The notes: generated from the sequence alone by a model not told the origin. Shown: positions 1-8,346, counted from the first letter of the stretch. The stretch is DNA of 64,000 bases from Sulfuricurvum sp. (GCA_028710885.1 JAQTTG010000005.1:1483-65482); one strand, 5' to 3'. Program-made: numbers and translations.

Positions 1-305
1 TAAGTTGCTTTACGCGTAATCTCTGGCATGTTTGGGGCTGATATAACCGTGTTTGCCAGTACTAAAGCAGTGTTTCCTGATTCTAGTACCTCAATGCCTC
101 TTTGACTGACCTGTAAACCATTTTTAAAATAAACTGCAATAGCTTCAAATGCTTTTCTTATCGCATCTTTACCTACTGCATTCCGTCCTGGTTCAATAAC
201 TAGTATTGCGTCGTCAGTATATATGTCAATGAGAGTGTCGAAATTTTCTTCAACGATTGCTCTATCAGCTTTTTTAATTTGTTTAATTACTTCGTGTTGT
301 TCCAA
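1..305 (-). CDS. YybH/DUF4440 (SnoaL/NTF2-like) protein, 3' end outside window
   Basis: Not in ORF track. Hand translation from TTG at 305, with AAGGA RBS upstream: MEQHEVIKQIKKADRAIVEENFDTLIDIYTDDAILVIEPGRNAVGKDAIRKAF...; the D..Y.DDA.L and G..AIR pattern is typical of the family. Confidence 0.75.
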   Translation of the reverse strand, partial: MEQHEVIKQIKKADRAIVEENFDTLIDIYTDDAILVIEPGRNAVGKDAIRKAFEAIAVYFKNGLQVSQRGIEVLESGNTALVLANTVISAPNMPEITRKAT

Positions 306-795
306 TGCGATTTTCCTTTATTATATTGAGTTCCTCGTTTCCCGAGGGAATTTCAAAAAATGCAGTGACATGATTGAATGTCGCTTCATTATCAAATTGT
401 GCTCGTTCAGGCTGTTCAACTCTTCTCTTGGCGATTTGTGACAAACACTGCTCATCACTCAAATCGAGGAAAATCATTTCGTGTTCGCATCCGATTTCTG
501 TACAAAGTTGTTTAAACCATGATCTTTGGCGTGCAGTATTTGCAGGAAAATCCATAACTACATTTGTACCCGTATTTAAAATCTGTTGCACATGTGATTT
601 CACAAAAGGTTTAATAAGTGTGGAAAATTTTATAAAATCATCAAAAGAGTTTATTTGATTTGGATAATGGGCTGCAAGCCAATCATCTTCTGAGAGTAAC
701 ACCGCATTTTTCTCAATCGATACGGTTTTTGATTTTGTAGTTTTTCCAGCTCCCATTTTTCCACAAAAAAAAGTGAGGGTTCCTTTTTGATTCAT
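283..795 (-). CDS. AAA_33-like P-loop ATP-binding protein
   Basis: Walker A GKMGAGKT, then DDW and VVMDF motifs; start placed at MNQKG (795) after AAAGGA RBS and just downstream of the attC core. Confidence 0.8.
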   Translation of the reverse strand: MNQKGTLTFFCGKMGAGKTTKSKTVSIEKNAVLLSEDDWLAAHYPNQINSFDDFIKFSTLIKPFVKSHVQQILNTGTNVVMDFPANTARQRSWFKQLCTEIGCEHEMIFLDLSDEQCLSQIAKRRVEQPERAQFDNEATFNHVTAFFEIPSGNEELNIIKENRIGTTRSN

Positions 796-810
796 TAATG
801 TTCCTTTAGT

Positions 811-850
811 GTATAACGTTTGGCATGTCCGCTCGATGGAAGGGTTAGGC
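811..850 (-). repeat. Internally deleted attC site (40 bp), aacA4-like ends
   Basis: Minus strand GCCTAAC-CCTTC-CATCGAGCGGAC-ATG-CCAAAC-GTTATAC: RYYYAAC inverse core, 5-nt spacer, L'' start and GTT core, but the central stem is missing. Confidence 0.75.
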
Positions 851-885
851 AACACCGTTTGTATTGAACGATAAGCCATGCACAC

Positions 886-1230
886 TCATGTTTGCCCTAC
901 CAACATGGGGCGCGGATCGTAGTAGCCACGAACCGACATGATTTGTCCGTCTACGACGCGGATGTGCTCCGCAAACGGAATTGTTCCGAAGGTTGTATCG
1001 ATGTTGAGGAGGGCGACGCAGTGTTCACCATCGACGACGAGACGAATGATTTCGATATGCTTGACGATTCTCGAGAACCGCTCCGTGGCTTCAATGAAGG
1101 CCACCGCACCCTGGTACGTATTCATGGGAAAGACACCAATCACCTCCGGATGAATTGGGAGATTCTTTGGATCGTTTCGACGAACAGCATCGATGTATTT
1201 CTCGACCACGCTAGTTACTTGAGTTCTCAT
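886..1230 (-). CDS. SnoaL-like / NTF2 family protein
   Basis: 114 aa with Y..A, F..P, V.DG.H and DGQI.SVRGYYDP patterns; AAAAGGA RBS; GC-rich relative to its neighbours. Confidence 0.75.
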   Translation of the reverse strand: MRTQVTSVVEKYIDAVRRNDPKNLPIHPEVIGVFPMNTYQGAVAFIEATERFSRIVKHIEIIRLVVDGEHCVALLNIDTTFGTIPFAEHIRVVDGQIMSVRGYYDPRPMLVGQT

Positions 1231-1260
1231 ATGATTCCTTTTTGTTTATTTAATAGCTGT

Positions 1261-1332
1261 ATATAATGTTTAAAATGAGCAATTAAAAAGTCGCCCGCGG
1301 GTTTTTGATTGGTCTCTTTTGGTTTGTTAGAT
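1261..1332 (-). repeat. attC site (72 bp, AT-rich type), core G replaced by A
   Basis: Minus strand ATCTAAC (overlaps stop codon)-AAACC-AAAAGAG-AC-CAATCAAAAA-CCCGCGGGCGAC-TTTTTAATTG-CTCATT-TTAAAC-ATTATAT; GAG/CTC and CAATCAAAAA/TTTTTAATTG pair around an unpaired AC. Confidence 0.7.
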
Positions 1333-1974
1333 CTTCATGATTTGCATATTTGACATTCTTTGCCCATCTGCCCATTGTTCATAAGTTAACATTGTGTTCC
1401 AGCACGCTTCTTTACTCATTTGTTGTATTGGAATAAGGCTTTCAAAATGCTCATGATGCTTAATAAGTTGTCGTGTTTTTATGTCTTTACCCCAGCGAAT
1501 TTTCACTTTGTTGTCTTCAAGAGTATTTTGTTTTTCAGGGACATCTGGAACAAATAAAATGTTTTCTTCACCTTCTGCATTAAATGTTATATCTTTATAA
1601 ATTCCATCTTTAGACCATATAGCATGTCTCTCTAATTCAATATACTTAGGCTTGTTGTACCAAACTTTGTAGCCACATAGTATTTGTCCACCATTTAATT
1701 TAATATATTCTTCTACATTCAAGTCACAACAAGACTGTCTTGACCATGCTTCAGGCTCGATTTCAAGAAAAAAAGGCTCAAGATCACTGATTTTTCTGCA
1801 AATTTCTAATATATCATCATTTATACTTGTTGGAGTTGTCAGCCTCGTGGGATTAAAAAGCTCTTTCAAGCCTTTTTCTATTTCAAATTGACTAAGCTCT
1901 TTTGACTGACTGTTCTTTATTTGGTTTTGTCTTTTTTTCTCAGCCTTTTTTCTTTTATCCCGTTTAGTACTCAT
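1327..1974 (-). CDS. Hypothetical cassette protein with basic N-terminus and possible Cys-His-Asp triad
   Basis: Start placed at MSTKRDK (AAAGGA RBS); motifs CCDLNV...GG...GYKVW...IELERHAIW...KDIT...ILFVPD; stop codon overlaps the attC inverse core. Confidence 0.7.
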   Translation of the reverse strand: MSTKRDKRKKAEKKRQNQIKNSQSKELSQFEIEKGLKELFNPTRLTTPTSINDDILEICRKISDLEPFFLEIEPEAWSRQSCCDLNVEEYIKLNGGQILCGYKVWYNKPKYIELERHAIWSKDGIYKDITFNAEGEENILFVPDVPEKQNTLEDNKVKIRWGKDIKTRQLIKHHEHFESLIPIQQMSKEACWNTMLTYEQWADGQRMSNMQIMKI

Positions 1975-2075
1975 AACTTTTCCTTTATTGTTTAACAATT
2001 TATTCATACCAAAATATACCATTCTGGTAGAAATATCCAACCAAAATTTTGCAAATAGCCATATTTTTAAACATT

Positions 2076-3446
2076 TTACATCGTTTCTCTTAAAAAGACT
2101 TCCGCAAACGCTCCCACCGCACTCTCTATTTCCTCCATCTCAAACCCCCCGAATCCCATCCGTATGGCGTCCCATTCTCCCCCTGAGTAATCCTTGGCAA
2201 AATAGAGCTTGATTCCCGCTTCTTCGGCTCTTTGTCGCAATACGGAGAGGTCGATGTCTGATGCGGGACGGATATTGATCGAGAGACCGCCCCCTTCGCT
2301 AACAATCACTATCGAATCTCCGAGATATTTAATGAGAGATTGTTTCATCAGGTCGTGTTTTTTACGGTTCAGGTTTCGCACCCGTCGCAGATGACGCTCC
2401 CAATGCCCCTCATTCATGAACAGCTCCAGCGTCTTTTGAGTCATGAGGCTGACACGCGAAAAGGTGCCGTGAAAGGAGCGGTATCGATCCATCAGATGAC
2501 GAGGGAGTACGATATATCCGACGCGCAAAGCTGGCGAAAGGGCTTTTGCAAAGGTGCCGATGTAGATGACCCGCTCATTACTGTCGAGTCCTTGGAGCGA
2601 GGGGATAGGGCGGGAGCGATAGGTGAGTTCGCTGTCGTAGTCGTCTTCGATGATGTAGCCCTCATTCTCCTTTGCCCAGTTGAGAAGCCGTAGACGGTTT
2701 GCGACGGGCATTGCCGCACCTGTGGGGTACTGGTGCGAGGGGGTGATGTAGACTACGTGGGCACCGGAGGCACTTAGTTCATCGATTTTCAAACCGTTTT
2801 CATCGACTCCGATAGGGGTGATGTCGTAGTGATGGTGGGTGAAAACTTTTCGGGCGATATGGTAGCCGGGATGCTCGATAGCAAAATGTGGATGGGTCGG
2901 ACGGAGAATATCGGCGATTATCCCCATCGCATCGATAAATGCCCCCGTAACAATAATCTCCGATGCGTCGCACCGTACGCCTCGCAGTTCGGTGAGATAA
3001 CGCGCGATTTCGGTTCGTAGTCCAAATTCCCCTTGCGGATCCGGATACCCCCCCATATCGAGGGTTTTATCGATGGCACGGTTAAACAGCCGCTTCCAGA
3101 GTTTGAGAGGAAACACCTCTTTGGAGAGGCGGACGGGGTAAAAGTTGTAGCGGTAGGTGATGGCGGGTGTGTCGGCTGACTCTATCGTCGCAGAGTCACC
3201 AAGTACAATGAAATCGGCGTCCGCGACGTAGTAGCCGCTTTTGGGACGGCTCTCGATATACCCCTCGGCATAGAGTTGATTGTATGCCGATTCGACGGTG
3301 TTTTTGCTGATGCGGTACTCTTGGGAGATTTTGCGAATCGAGGGGAGTTTGCTCCCGATGGCAAGAGTAGTCGTAATGTCGTGTTTGAGTGCTTCGTAGA
3401 GCTGGATGTGCAGAGGAGTTTCGGATGCGGCGTCGAGGAGATACAT
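2076..3446 (-). CDS. MocR/GabR family regulator (GntR HTH + PLP aminotransferase-like domain)
   Basis: LPSIR...ISKNTVESAY HTH; YITPSHQYPTG, IIEDDYDSE and GTFAKALSPALRVGY motifs. Confidence 0.95.
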   Translation of the reverse strand: MYLLDAASETPLHIQLYEALKHDITTTLAIGSKLPSIRKISQEYRISKNTVESAYNQLYAEGYIESRPKSGYYVADADFIVLGDSATIESADTPAITYRYNFYPVRLSKEVFPLKLWKRLFNRAIDKTLDMGGYPDPQGEFGLRTEIARYLTELRGVRCDASEIIVTGAFIDAMGIIADILRPTHPHFAIEHPGYHIARKVFTHHHYDITPIGVDENGLKIDELSASGAHVVYITPSHQYPTGAAMPVANRLRLLNWAKENEGYIIEDDYDSELTYRSRPIPSLQGLDSNERVIYIGTFAKALSPALRVGYIVLPRHLMDRYRSFHGTFSRVSLMTQKTLELFMNEGHWERHLRRVRNLNRKKHDLMKQSLIKYLGDSIVIVSEGGGLSINIRPASDIDLSVLRQRAEEAGIKLYFAKDYSGGEWDAIRMGFGGFEMEEIESAVGAFAEVFLRETM

Positions 3447-3535
3447 AAACTGACCTCATAAAATTTAAATATTTTGTCACTTGCGCAGAGTGCAGATTGG
3501 CGGTATAGTATCATAAACTTTTTGAGGAAAGCGAT

Positions 3536-4153
3536 ATGAGACGTTCAGAATTTGAGGTCACCGATCCGCAAGCCATCGAATCGGTGTTGAGCGAATGTGA
3601 ATACGGGGTATTGTCGCTTGTGAGCCGTGGTGAGCCTTACGGTGTTGCACTCAATTTCGCGTATCGTGAGGGGGTCGTGTACTTTCACGGCAGTATCGAA
3701 GGGCGCAAAGTCGAAGCGATAGGGGATCGCGCGAAGGTGGCATTCTTGGTCGTAAAACCTTATGCCTATATCCCCTCGTATTTCAGCGATACGAGTGCGG
3801 CATATCCTGCGACGCAGTTTTTTACGTCGGTACATATCAGCGGTGAAGCGATACGGGTGAGCGATGAACGGGAAAAAGCGTTCGGATTGACGGCCCTGAT
3901 GGAGAAAATGCAGCCCGAGGGGAAATACGACGCCATCGATGCGGCGAACCCGATTTATACCAAGATGATGGAGCTAACAGGGGTCTATAAAATCGTACCG
4001 AGTACGATGACACTCAAAGTCAAAGCAGGGCAAAATTTACCAAAAGAGCGGTACGATACCCTTATCAAACACATAGAAGAGCGAAATGGCCCTGTCGATA
4101 GCGCAACACTTCAGTTGATGCGACAATTTCAGAAACAAGCAGATGTAAAATGA
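3536..4153 (+). CDS. Pyridoxamine 5'-phosphate oxidase-like / NimA flavin-nucleotide-binding protein
   Basis: MRRSEFE, PYGVALNF, YFHGS.EGRK and SVHISG motifs; divergent from MocR. Confidence 0.85.
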   Translation: MRRSEFEVTDPQAIESVLSECEYGVLSLVSRGEPYGVALNFAYREGVVYFHGSIEGRKVEAIGDRAKVAFLVVKPYAYIPSYFSDTSAAYPATQFFTSVHISGEAIRVSDEREKAFGLTALMEKMQPEGKYDAIDAANPIYTKMMELTGVYKIVPSTMTLKVKAGQNLPKERYDTLIKHIEERNGPVDSATLQLMRQFQKQADVK

Positions 4154-4590
4154 AAAAAGATTTCAAACCTCATTGGATATTTGATGACATATTAATAGAC
4201 TGGGATGAACTTGCACATTTATATAAGATTGCTCCATTAGGGAATAAGAATCCCAATGATTTGAAAATTGCTTTCGCTAACAGTATGTACAAATGCTTTA
4301 TTTATGATGGCAAAAAGTTGGTTGGTGTAGGGCGAGCTTTAGCGGACGGAGTCGATGTATCCTATATCTGTGATGTGGCAATCCATCCTGAGTATCAGCG
4401 GTGTGGGTTAGGTAAGCAGATTGTTAATAAATTGGTCGAATTTTCACAAGGGTATAATAAAATATTACTTTTTGCCAGTGCCGGAAAAGAACCGTTTTAT
4501 AGCAAACTCGGATTTGATAAAATGACGACGGCGATGGCGATTTTCAAAAATCGGGAAAGAGTTTTGGAGATGGGATTGATAGAGGAATAA
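4150..4590 (+). CDS. GNAT acetyltransferase
   Basis: DVAIHPEYQRCGLGK acetyl-CoA motif; FYSKLGF. Confidence 0.9.
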   Translation: MKKDFKPHWIFDDILIDWDELAHLYKIAPLGNKNPNDLKIAFANSMYKCFIYDGKKLVGVGRALADGVDVSYICDVAIHPEYQRCGLGKQIVNKLVEFSQGYNKILLFASAGKEPFYSKLGFDKMTTAMAIFKNRERVLEMGLIEE

Positions 4591-4593
4591 CGG

Positions 4594-5166
4594 ATGCAGG
4601 AGTTTTTAGAAGCCACCGACATTATCGATTACGATCATCCCGCAGTAGCGGCAAAAGCACGGGAGTTGGCAAAAGGATGCACTGACGATACCGTGATCGC
4701 AAAGCGATGTTTTGAATTTGTCCGCGATGAGATACGTCACACGGGTGATGCGGGTGAAGGGATCACGACACTGCGAGCCAGCGAAGTGCTCGAACAAGGA
4801 CAGGGATGGTGCTATGCTAAAAGCCATTTGCTCGCCGCACTGCTTCGCGCCAACGGTATCCCAATTGCATTATGCTATCAGCGTCTTAGCTGTTCGGAAT
4901 ACGTAGAAGGGATTTATTGTCTGCACGGTCTCAATGCCGTGTATCTTAAAAAATTTGGATGGTATAGAGTCGATGCACGGGGGAACAAAGAGGGTGTGAA
5001 CGCGCAGTTTGACCCTCCGCATGAGAGATTGGCATTTGCTTTGTGTGAGGGTGAATACGATTTGCAAGAGCGCTATGCTGAACCGCTTCCCATTGTCGTA
5101 GAAGCACTGAAAAGCCGTAAAAATTACAACGAAATGGTCGGACATTTTCCAGATATTGAAGAATAA
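4594..5166 (+). CDS. Transglutaminase-like protein
   Basis: CYAKSHLLAALLRANGIP, HGLNAV and WYRVD supply the Cys-His-Asp triad. Confidence 0.9.
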   Translation: MQEFLEATDIIDYDHPAVAAKARELAKGCTDDTVIAKRCFEFVRDEIRHTGDAGEGITTLRASEVLEQGQGWCYAKSHLLAALLRANGIPIALCYQRLSCSEYVEGIYCLHGLNAVYLKKFGWYRVDARGNKEGVNAQFDPPHERLAFALCEGEYDLQERYAEPLPIVVEALKSRKNYNEMVGHFPDIEE

Positions 5167-5182
5167 ATAAGTAGGAGTTGAA

Positions 5183-5431
5183 ATGTACATTCCGCAAAGT
5201 TTTAAAATAGAAGACGAAGTGATTATTGAGACATTTATTAAAAATAATCCGTTTGCCATTTTAACGAGTACGCATAATGGAAAAATTATAGCAACGCATT
5301 TGCCGATCAGTCGTTTAAAGGATGGTAAACTCTATGGACATATCGCTAAAGCTAATCCACAGTCGCAAATCAATCCTAAGGAAGAAGTATGCTTAATTTT
5401 TAGTTGCAGTATATCTTGTAAATGGCTATAG
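5183..5431 (+). pseudogene. Truncated PaiB / FMN-binding negative transcriptional regulator
   Basis: MYIPQSF...FIKNNPFAIL...ATHLP...LYGHIAKANPQ is the PaiB N-terminus; the ORF stops at 82 aa whereas the family is about 200 aa. Confidence 0.8.
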
Positions 5432-5441
5432 ATAAAGAAGT

Positions 5442-5762
5442 TCACTTTTTTCCAAACTCGACACCATGACAAATTTCGTCTTTCACGAATAGTAAAGATT
5501 TGGCTTTACCAAATCGCACTTGAACGAGTTTGCCTTCGAGATTGGGGGATATCCCTATCGGCAAGTCAACTGTAACGTTTTCACCTCGCTCTTTCATCAT
5601 TTGAACAAAGTCTTCAGGGGAGATTGGCGTCCGTGATAATTTCAATTCTCGAACAATGATTTGAATATCAATGCAACCATCATCTCTTGCTAAGATGTAC
5701 CAATTGGTGTTAGCACCATACGTCATTGAGTAAATAAGAAATATTAAGAGAATATGAAACAT
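5442..5762 (-). CDS. Hypothetical secreted protein
   Basis: Start placed at MFHILLIFLIYSMTYGA (signal-peptide-like, AAGGGA RBS); two Cys. Confidence 0.6.
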   Translation of the reverse strand: MFHILLIFLIYSMTYGANTNWYILARDDGCIDIQIIVRELKLSRTPISPEDFVQMMKERGENVTVDLPIGISPNLEGKLVQVRFGKAKSLLFVKDEICHGVEFGKK

Positions 5763-5969
5763 TACAGACTTTCCCTTATAACGATGATAAAAATAACTAT
5801 ACCGAAAAGAATATAGAAAATTTGTTATGCATTCTAGTGAAGGTGAGAAATTTCTGAAGAGTTGTGTGGTACAGGCTTTTGAATCACACGAAATTTTTTT
5901 TGCCAAGCAATTTTAATTATGCTTGACTGATTTAATTGTACAAATATTTACTATGAAATGAAAATATAA

Positions 5970-6863
5970 TTATTTCTTCCTTTTTGTAATCATGAACAAT
6001 AGGCCTGAAAGTACTATCACAGTACTTAGTAAAAAAAACGATCCAGGGCTTTCATTAAGAAAGACAAATGCCAATAAAGTACCAAAAATAGTTTCTAAAA
6101 GCAGCACACTAGATGTAATAACCGGGGGAAGATATTTTGAAGCAACTGTAATTGCAATAGTTGGAATAGCTGTAGAAACTATGCCAAGTCCTGCGAGTAT
6201 AAAGATATTGTTCAAAAGTATATTTTGATTGATGATAATAGAAGATTGTAGATAGTAGATAGAAGGTATTAATGATAATAAAAGCATCGCGTAAGTAACA
6301 CTGAAAGACGATGGCGAATAAATATTTTTTCGTGAGTGCATAAGAGCATATATTGCAAATAAAAAGGCTACAGTTAGAGCAAGAAAATTTCCAAGACAAT
6401 GTTCAGCTGTGTAATTTGTACTGGAAAAATTGGAGATAAAAAATATAATTATTCCAATAAGTGCAACTATTCCTCCTTGTTTTTCTCTGGGTGATGTATA
6501 TTGTTTAGTCCATAATTGATGAATAATAACATATATAGGAGCTATTGACATTAAAAGGGTAGTTTCTCCTACTGGAGCCAATTGAAATGCTGTCGTCCCT
6601 ATGTAGTAACAACTCAGCATAATAATCGCGTATATCCACGTAATATGTTGCTTTAAATCATTGATAATAGCCCTAGAATTTAGTTTAATAATTAAAAAAA
6701 ATGACAAAAAGACGAATGCGAATATAAAACGCAGAGAAACTATTTCATAAGCTTTAAATGTTGGCAATAGTCTTATAAATATTCCAGCTAATGCCCATCC
6801 AATTGCAGCAGTAAATATTGAAAATAGAGCAATTTTATAAGAAGATTTTTCATAAAAATTCAT
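5970..6863 (-). CDS. DMT/EamA family transporter
   Basis: 297 aa with about ten hydrophobic segments in two repeats; APIYVII and LLLETIFGTLLAFVFLNE motifs. Confidence 0.85.
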   Translation of the reverse strand: MNFYEKSSYKIALFSIFTAAIGWALAGIFIRLLPTFKAYEIVSLRFIFAFVFLSFFLIIKLNSRAIINDLKQHITWIYAIIMLSCYYIGTTAFQLAPVGETTLLMSIAPIYVIIHQLWTKQYTSPREKQGGIVALIGIIIFFISNFSSTNYTAEHCLGNFLALTVAFLFAIYALMHSRKNIYSPSSFSVTYAMLLLSLIPSIYYLQSSIIINQNILLNNIFILAGLGIVSTAIPTIAITVASKYLPPVITSSVLLLETIFGTLLAFVFLNESPGSFFLLSTVIVLSGLLFMITKRKK

Positions 6864-6893
6864 TTATAAACCTTTATCTCATAGCATAATTTA

Positions 6894-7559
6894 TTAGTTG
6901 TAAAAAAATGTGAATTCGCTTATATCTGAACGTTTTGTTCGATAGCCATTAATTGGTGCATTTTTATCTTCGTAGCCTAATGCCATACCACATAGCAATT
7001 TTTTGTTCTTATCAATATTTAAAATATTTCTAACGATATCAGGATATTCAGCCAAAGCGGCTTGTGTACATGTCCCAATATCAAATTCCATAGCACTAAG
7101 CATCACAGATTGTAAAAACATGCCATAATCTATATATGATCCTATCTCTAAAGAATTGTCAATAAAAAAATAGAGAACGGTAGGAGCATCAAACGCTCTG
7201 TAATTTGCTTTCCACTGTTCTTTTTGTTTTTCTTTATCCTCTTTTTTAATATTGAGAATTTCATACATCAATAAACCCGTTTCTTTTCGTCTGCTTTTAT
7301 ACGGTTCATTCCATTCAAGTGGATAATATTGATAATCCATATTTGGTTTTATTTCCGCTTCAAATGCTTTGATAATTTGAGTTTCTATTTCTTGTTTTGT
7401 TTTTCCGCTAACGGCATAAACGATCCATGGTTGCATATTTACACCGGATGGCGAATGCCTAGCAATATTTAAAATCATTTCGATTGTTTCTTTTTCAACG
7501 ACTTTATTTAAAAAAGCTCTGACTGATTTTCGATTTTCTAAAGCTTTGATAATATTCAA
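6894..7559 (-). CDS. Nitroreductase family protein
   Basis: RKSVRAF, HSPSGVNMQPW, DYGMFLQSVML and GMALGY motifs. Confidence 0.92.
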   Translation of the reverse strand: MNIIKALENRKSVRAFLNKVVEKETIEMILNIARHSPSGVNMQPWIVYAVSGKTKQEIETQIIKAFEAEIKPNMDYQYYPLEWNEPYKSRRKETGLLMYEILNIKKEDKEKQKEQWKANYRAFDAPTVLYFFIDNSLEIGSYIDYGMFLQSVMLSAMEFDIGTCTQAALAEYPDIVRNILNIDKNKKLLCGMALGYEDKNAPINGYRTKRSDISEFTFFYN

Positions 7560-7562
7560 TAT

Positions 7563-7910
7563 TTACTCCTCAACAACCATTGTTCCAAATGTTTTTGCGT
7601 AGTACTGAGACCAAGCGATGATTTCATTGATAACAGGTTTTAGTAGTTCGCCATGGGAACTAAGTGTATATTCGACCTTTGGAGGAACTTCTGCGAAAAC
7701 TTTACGTTCAATGAGGTGGAGTTCTTCTAGTTGTTTGAGTTTAAATGAAAGAGTTTTATTAGTTATTGGATACAAATATTTAGATAAATCTTTAAATCGC
7801 ATAGTTCCATTACTTAAATACCAGATGATCATCAACTTTAAGCGGTCATCGAATATTTCAAAAAATATTTCTGTTGAAAAACTATACTTTTTTTCATTTA
7901 ATAAAATCAT
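7563..7910 (-). CDS. HxlR/DUF24 winged-helix regulator (Cys-less paralog 1)
   Basis: MRFKDL, ITNKTLS.KLKQLE and EVPPKVEYTLS motifs. Confidence 0.9.
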   Translation of the reverse strand: MILLNEKKYSFSTEIFFEIFDDRLKLMIIWYLSNGTMRFKDLSKYLYPITNKTLSFKLKQLEELHLIERKVFAEVPPKVEYTLSSHGELLKPVINEIIAWSQYYAKTFGTMVVEE

Positions 7911-7947
7911 ATTGTAACTATATCTATATGTTTCTTTAAATAATATA

Positions 7948-7965
7948 AGTATATTTTAGTATACT
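7948..7965. promoter_or_regulatory. Putative HxlR operator AGTATA-N6-TATACT
   Basis: Perfect 6-bp-arm palindrome 38 bp from the HxlR start; near-identical copy at 16238. Confidence 0.7.
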
Positions 7966-8002
7966 AATATCCATTTTTAATATAGTTAGTCAAGGAGAAA
8001 AA

Positions 8003-8284
8003 ATGGGAGTCTTTGTAGTAGGTCAAATTCAGATTAAGAATCAAGAAAAATGGGATGAGTATAAAAGTTTAGTCCAAGCTACACTCAAACCGTATGGAGG
8101 AATAGTAAAGTTGCGAGGAACTCAGGTCAAGACTTTGATCGGAGATACTTTATATCCTGATATTGTTGTTATTGAATTTGAATCCCATGAAAAGGCAGAA
8201 AAATGGTATTTTTCTTCTGAATATCAAAATATAGTGCCGATTCGTGAAAAAGGTGCAGATATCATTTTAAATATATACACTTAA
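8003..8284 (+). CDS. DUF1330 family protein
   Basis: Y...V..TL..YGG, VVIEFES.E.A..WY.S.EYQ....R motifs. Confidence 0.9.
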   Translation: MGVFVVGQIQIKNQEKWDEYKSLVQATLKPYGGIVKLRGTQVKTLIGDTLYPDIVVIEFESHEKAEKWYFSSEYQNIVPIREKGADIILNIYT

Positions 8285-8297
8285 ATATATTATAACA

Positions 8298-8313
8298 TGG
8301 TATGTTTTTTGCT
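8298..8313 (+). promoter_or_regulatory. Putative sigma54 (-24/-12) promoter
   Basis: TGGTATGTTTTTTGCT: GG and GC separated by exactly 10 nt with TTGC(T), 34 bp upstream of the ATG at 8347. Confidence 0.55.
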
Positions 8314-8346
8314 TGCTATTCTCTAAGTATTTATCAAGGAGAAAAC

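Larger units (their letters stand above)
1..1996 (-). mobile_element. Integron gene-cassette array remnant (CALIN-like), continues off the left edge
   Basis: Four co-oriented small ORFs with two attC-like sites at the junctions (811-850, 1261-1332), abrupt GC changes between ORFs, and a GTTAAAC core-like heptamer at 1990-1996; no intI in window. Confidence 0.7.

Noticed and set aside
892-1266. 124-aa plus-strand ORF over the SnoaL gene, and similar short overlapping ORFs throughout the track
   Set aside because: Antisense or alternate-frame shadows of better-supported genes
1975-2075. attI site or integrase upstream of the cassette array
   Set aside because: Only a single GTTAAAC heptamer is visible; the upstream gene is MocR and no tyrosine recombinase is encoded in the window, so attI cannot be supported
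5776-5830. Third attC candidate on the minus strand (GCATAAC...GTTATAA) upstream of the 5762 ORF
   Set aside because: Only about 55 bp, L boxes do not pair and the stem is just CTATA/TATAG; plausible by chance in AT-rich DNA, though a badly decayed site cannot be excluded
5893-5930. Hairpin CAAGCA-N10-TGCTTG as an intrinsic terminator
   Set aside because: The T-run lies on the wrong side for the minus-strand EamA gene, and no plus-strand gene ends here
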